Source: a virus. Taken from it: 5,665 nucleotides of DNA. The stretch spans positions 1 through 5,665 of the IMG/VR virus record IMGVR_UViG_3300045988_004551. One strand, written 5' to 3'. The notes below the pieces were generated by a model, which saw nothing but the letters and a program-made list of their open reading frames with translations, had not been told where the DNA came from and did not search any database. Position numbers and translations under genes: made by a program. This document shows positions 5,336 to 5,665 of the stretch, one piece after another. Positions within the stretch are counted from its first letter, which is position 1. Every line of letters begins with the position of its first letter.

Positions 5336-5572
5336 ATGAACGTATACGGAATTTTCGACAACTGCGTGATGGGCTATATCACCATCTTTACCGAACGTGA
5401 CGACAAAGTGGCCGAACGCAATTTCAAAATCGCACTGACCGATGAACGAAACATCATGAGCAAGACACCGAGTGATTATCGGCTGGTACGACTGGCAAAG
5501 TTTGACGAGAAAACGGGCCTGTTTAAGAACGAAAAGGAGAACATCTTCGATGGCGTATCGCTCAGTAAGTAA
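5336..5572 (+). CDS. VP5: VP5-like non-structural protein of gokushoviruses, 78 aa
   Basis: AAGGAG 5324-5329, 6-nt spacing, ATG 5336. MNVYGIFDNCVMGYITIFTERDDKVAERNFKIALTDERNIMSKTPSDYRLVRLAKFDEKTGLFKNEKENIFDGVSLSK matches the family pattern (x-Y-x-I-x-D...A.RNF...P.D..L..L..FD..TG). Confidence 0.85.
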   Translation: MNVYGIFDNCVMGYITIFTERDDKVAERNFKIALTDERNIMSKTPSDYRLVRLAKFDEKTGLFKNEKENIFDGVSLSK

Positions 5573-5665
5573 CTTCAGGGAAACCGCAACAGCAAAGGCC
5601 ACCGAAGCCGGAGAGACCGTGAGGCGCACATACCTCTGGGAACTCAACGAGAAAGGCGAAAAGGT
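5550..5665 (+). CDS. VP3: VP3 scaffolding protein, 5' portion (continues at window position 100 through the circular junction)
   Basis: AAGGAG 5534-5539, 10-nt spacing, ATG 5550. Reads MAYRSVSNFRETATAKATEAGETVRRTYLWELNEKGEK..., overlapping VP5 by 23 nt. Confidence 0.83.
   Translation, partial: MAYRSVSNFRETATAKATEAGETVRRTYLWELNEKGEK
5567..5665. repeat. Right copy of the 99-nt terminal direct repeat
   Basis: Identical to 1-99; implies a circular unit of 5,566 nt. Confidence 0.98.

Noticed and set aside
5155-5361. 68-aa minus-strand ORF
   Set aside because: Antisense to the better-supported + strand mini-genes 5111-5230, 5227-5325 and VP5.
5318-5647. 109-aa minus-strand ORF over VP5/VP3
   Set aside because: Antisense shadow; both + strand genes there have SDs and family-like products.

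Overview
The window is essentially one complete circular gokushovirus-like genome (family Microviridae, ssDNA phage). The first 99 nt (1-99) recur exactly at 5567-5665, so the unit is 5,566 nt. Going round the circle, the core genes are: VP5-like protein (5336-5572), VP3 scaffold (5550-5566 joined to 1-463), VP1 major capsid (460-2124), VP2 pilot protein (2166-2972) and VP4 HUH replication initiator (2973-3992). These are followed by a long non-coding, highly structured region (about 3993-4503) and a cassette of very small overlapping ORFs (4504-5325). The family itself is well known. The parts worth a second look are: two single-TM microproteins (5227-5325, absent from the supplied ORF list, and 4160-4243); a CTG- or ATT-started 34-codon ORF (4794-4898); a basic '...MRGGIRL' microprotein (5111-5230); a hairpin that may loop a Shine-Dalgarno sequence toward the VP2 start; and an intergenic region with a large terminator hairpin, a Z-DNA-prone tract, seven GTTGAA copies and a GC-rich foldback. 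I found no defence system, CRISPR array, tRNA, rRNA or integrase.
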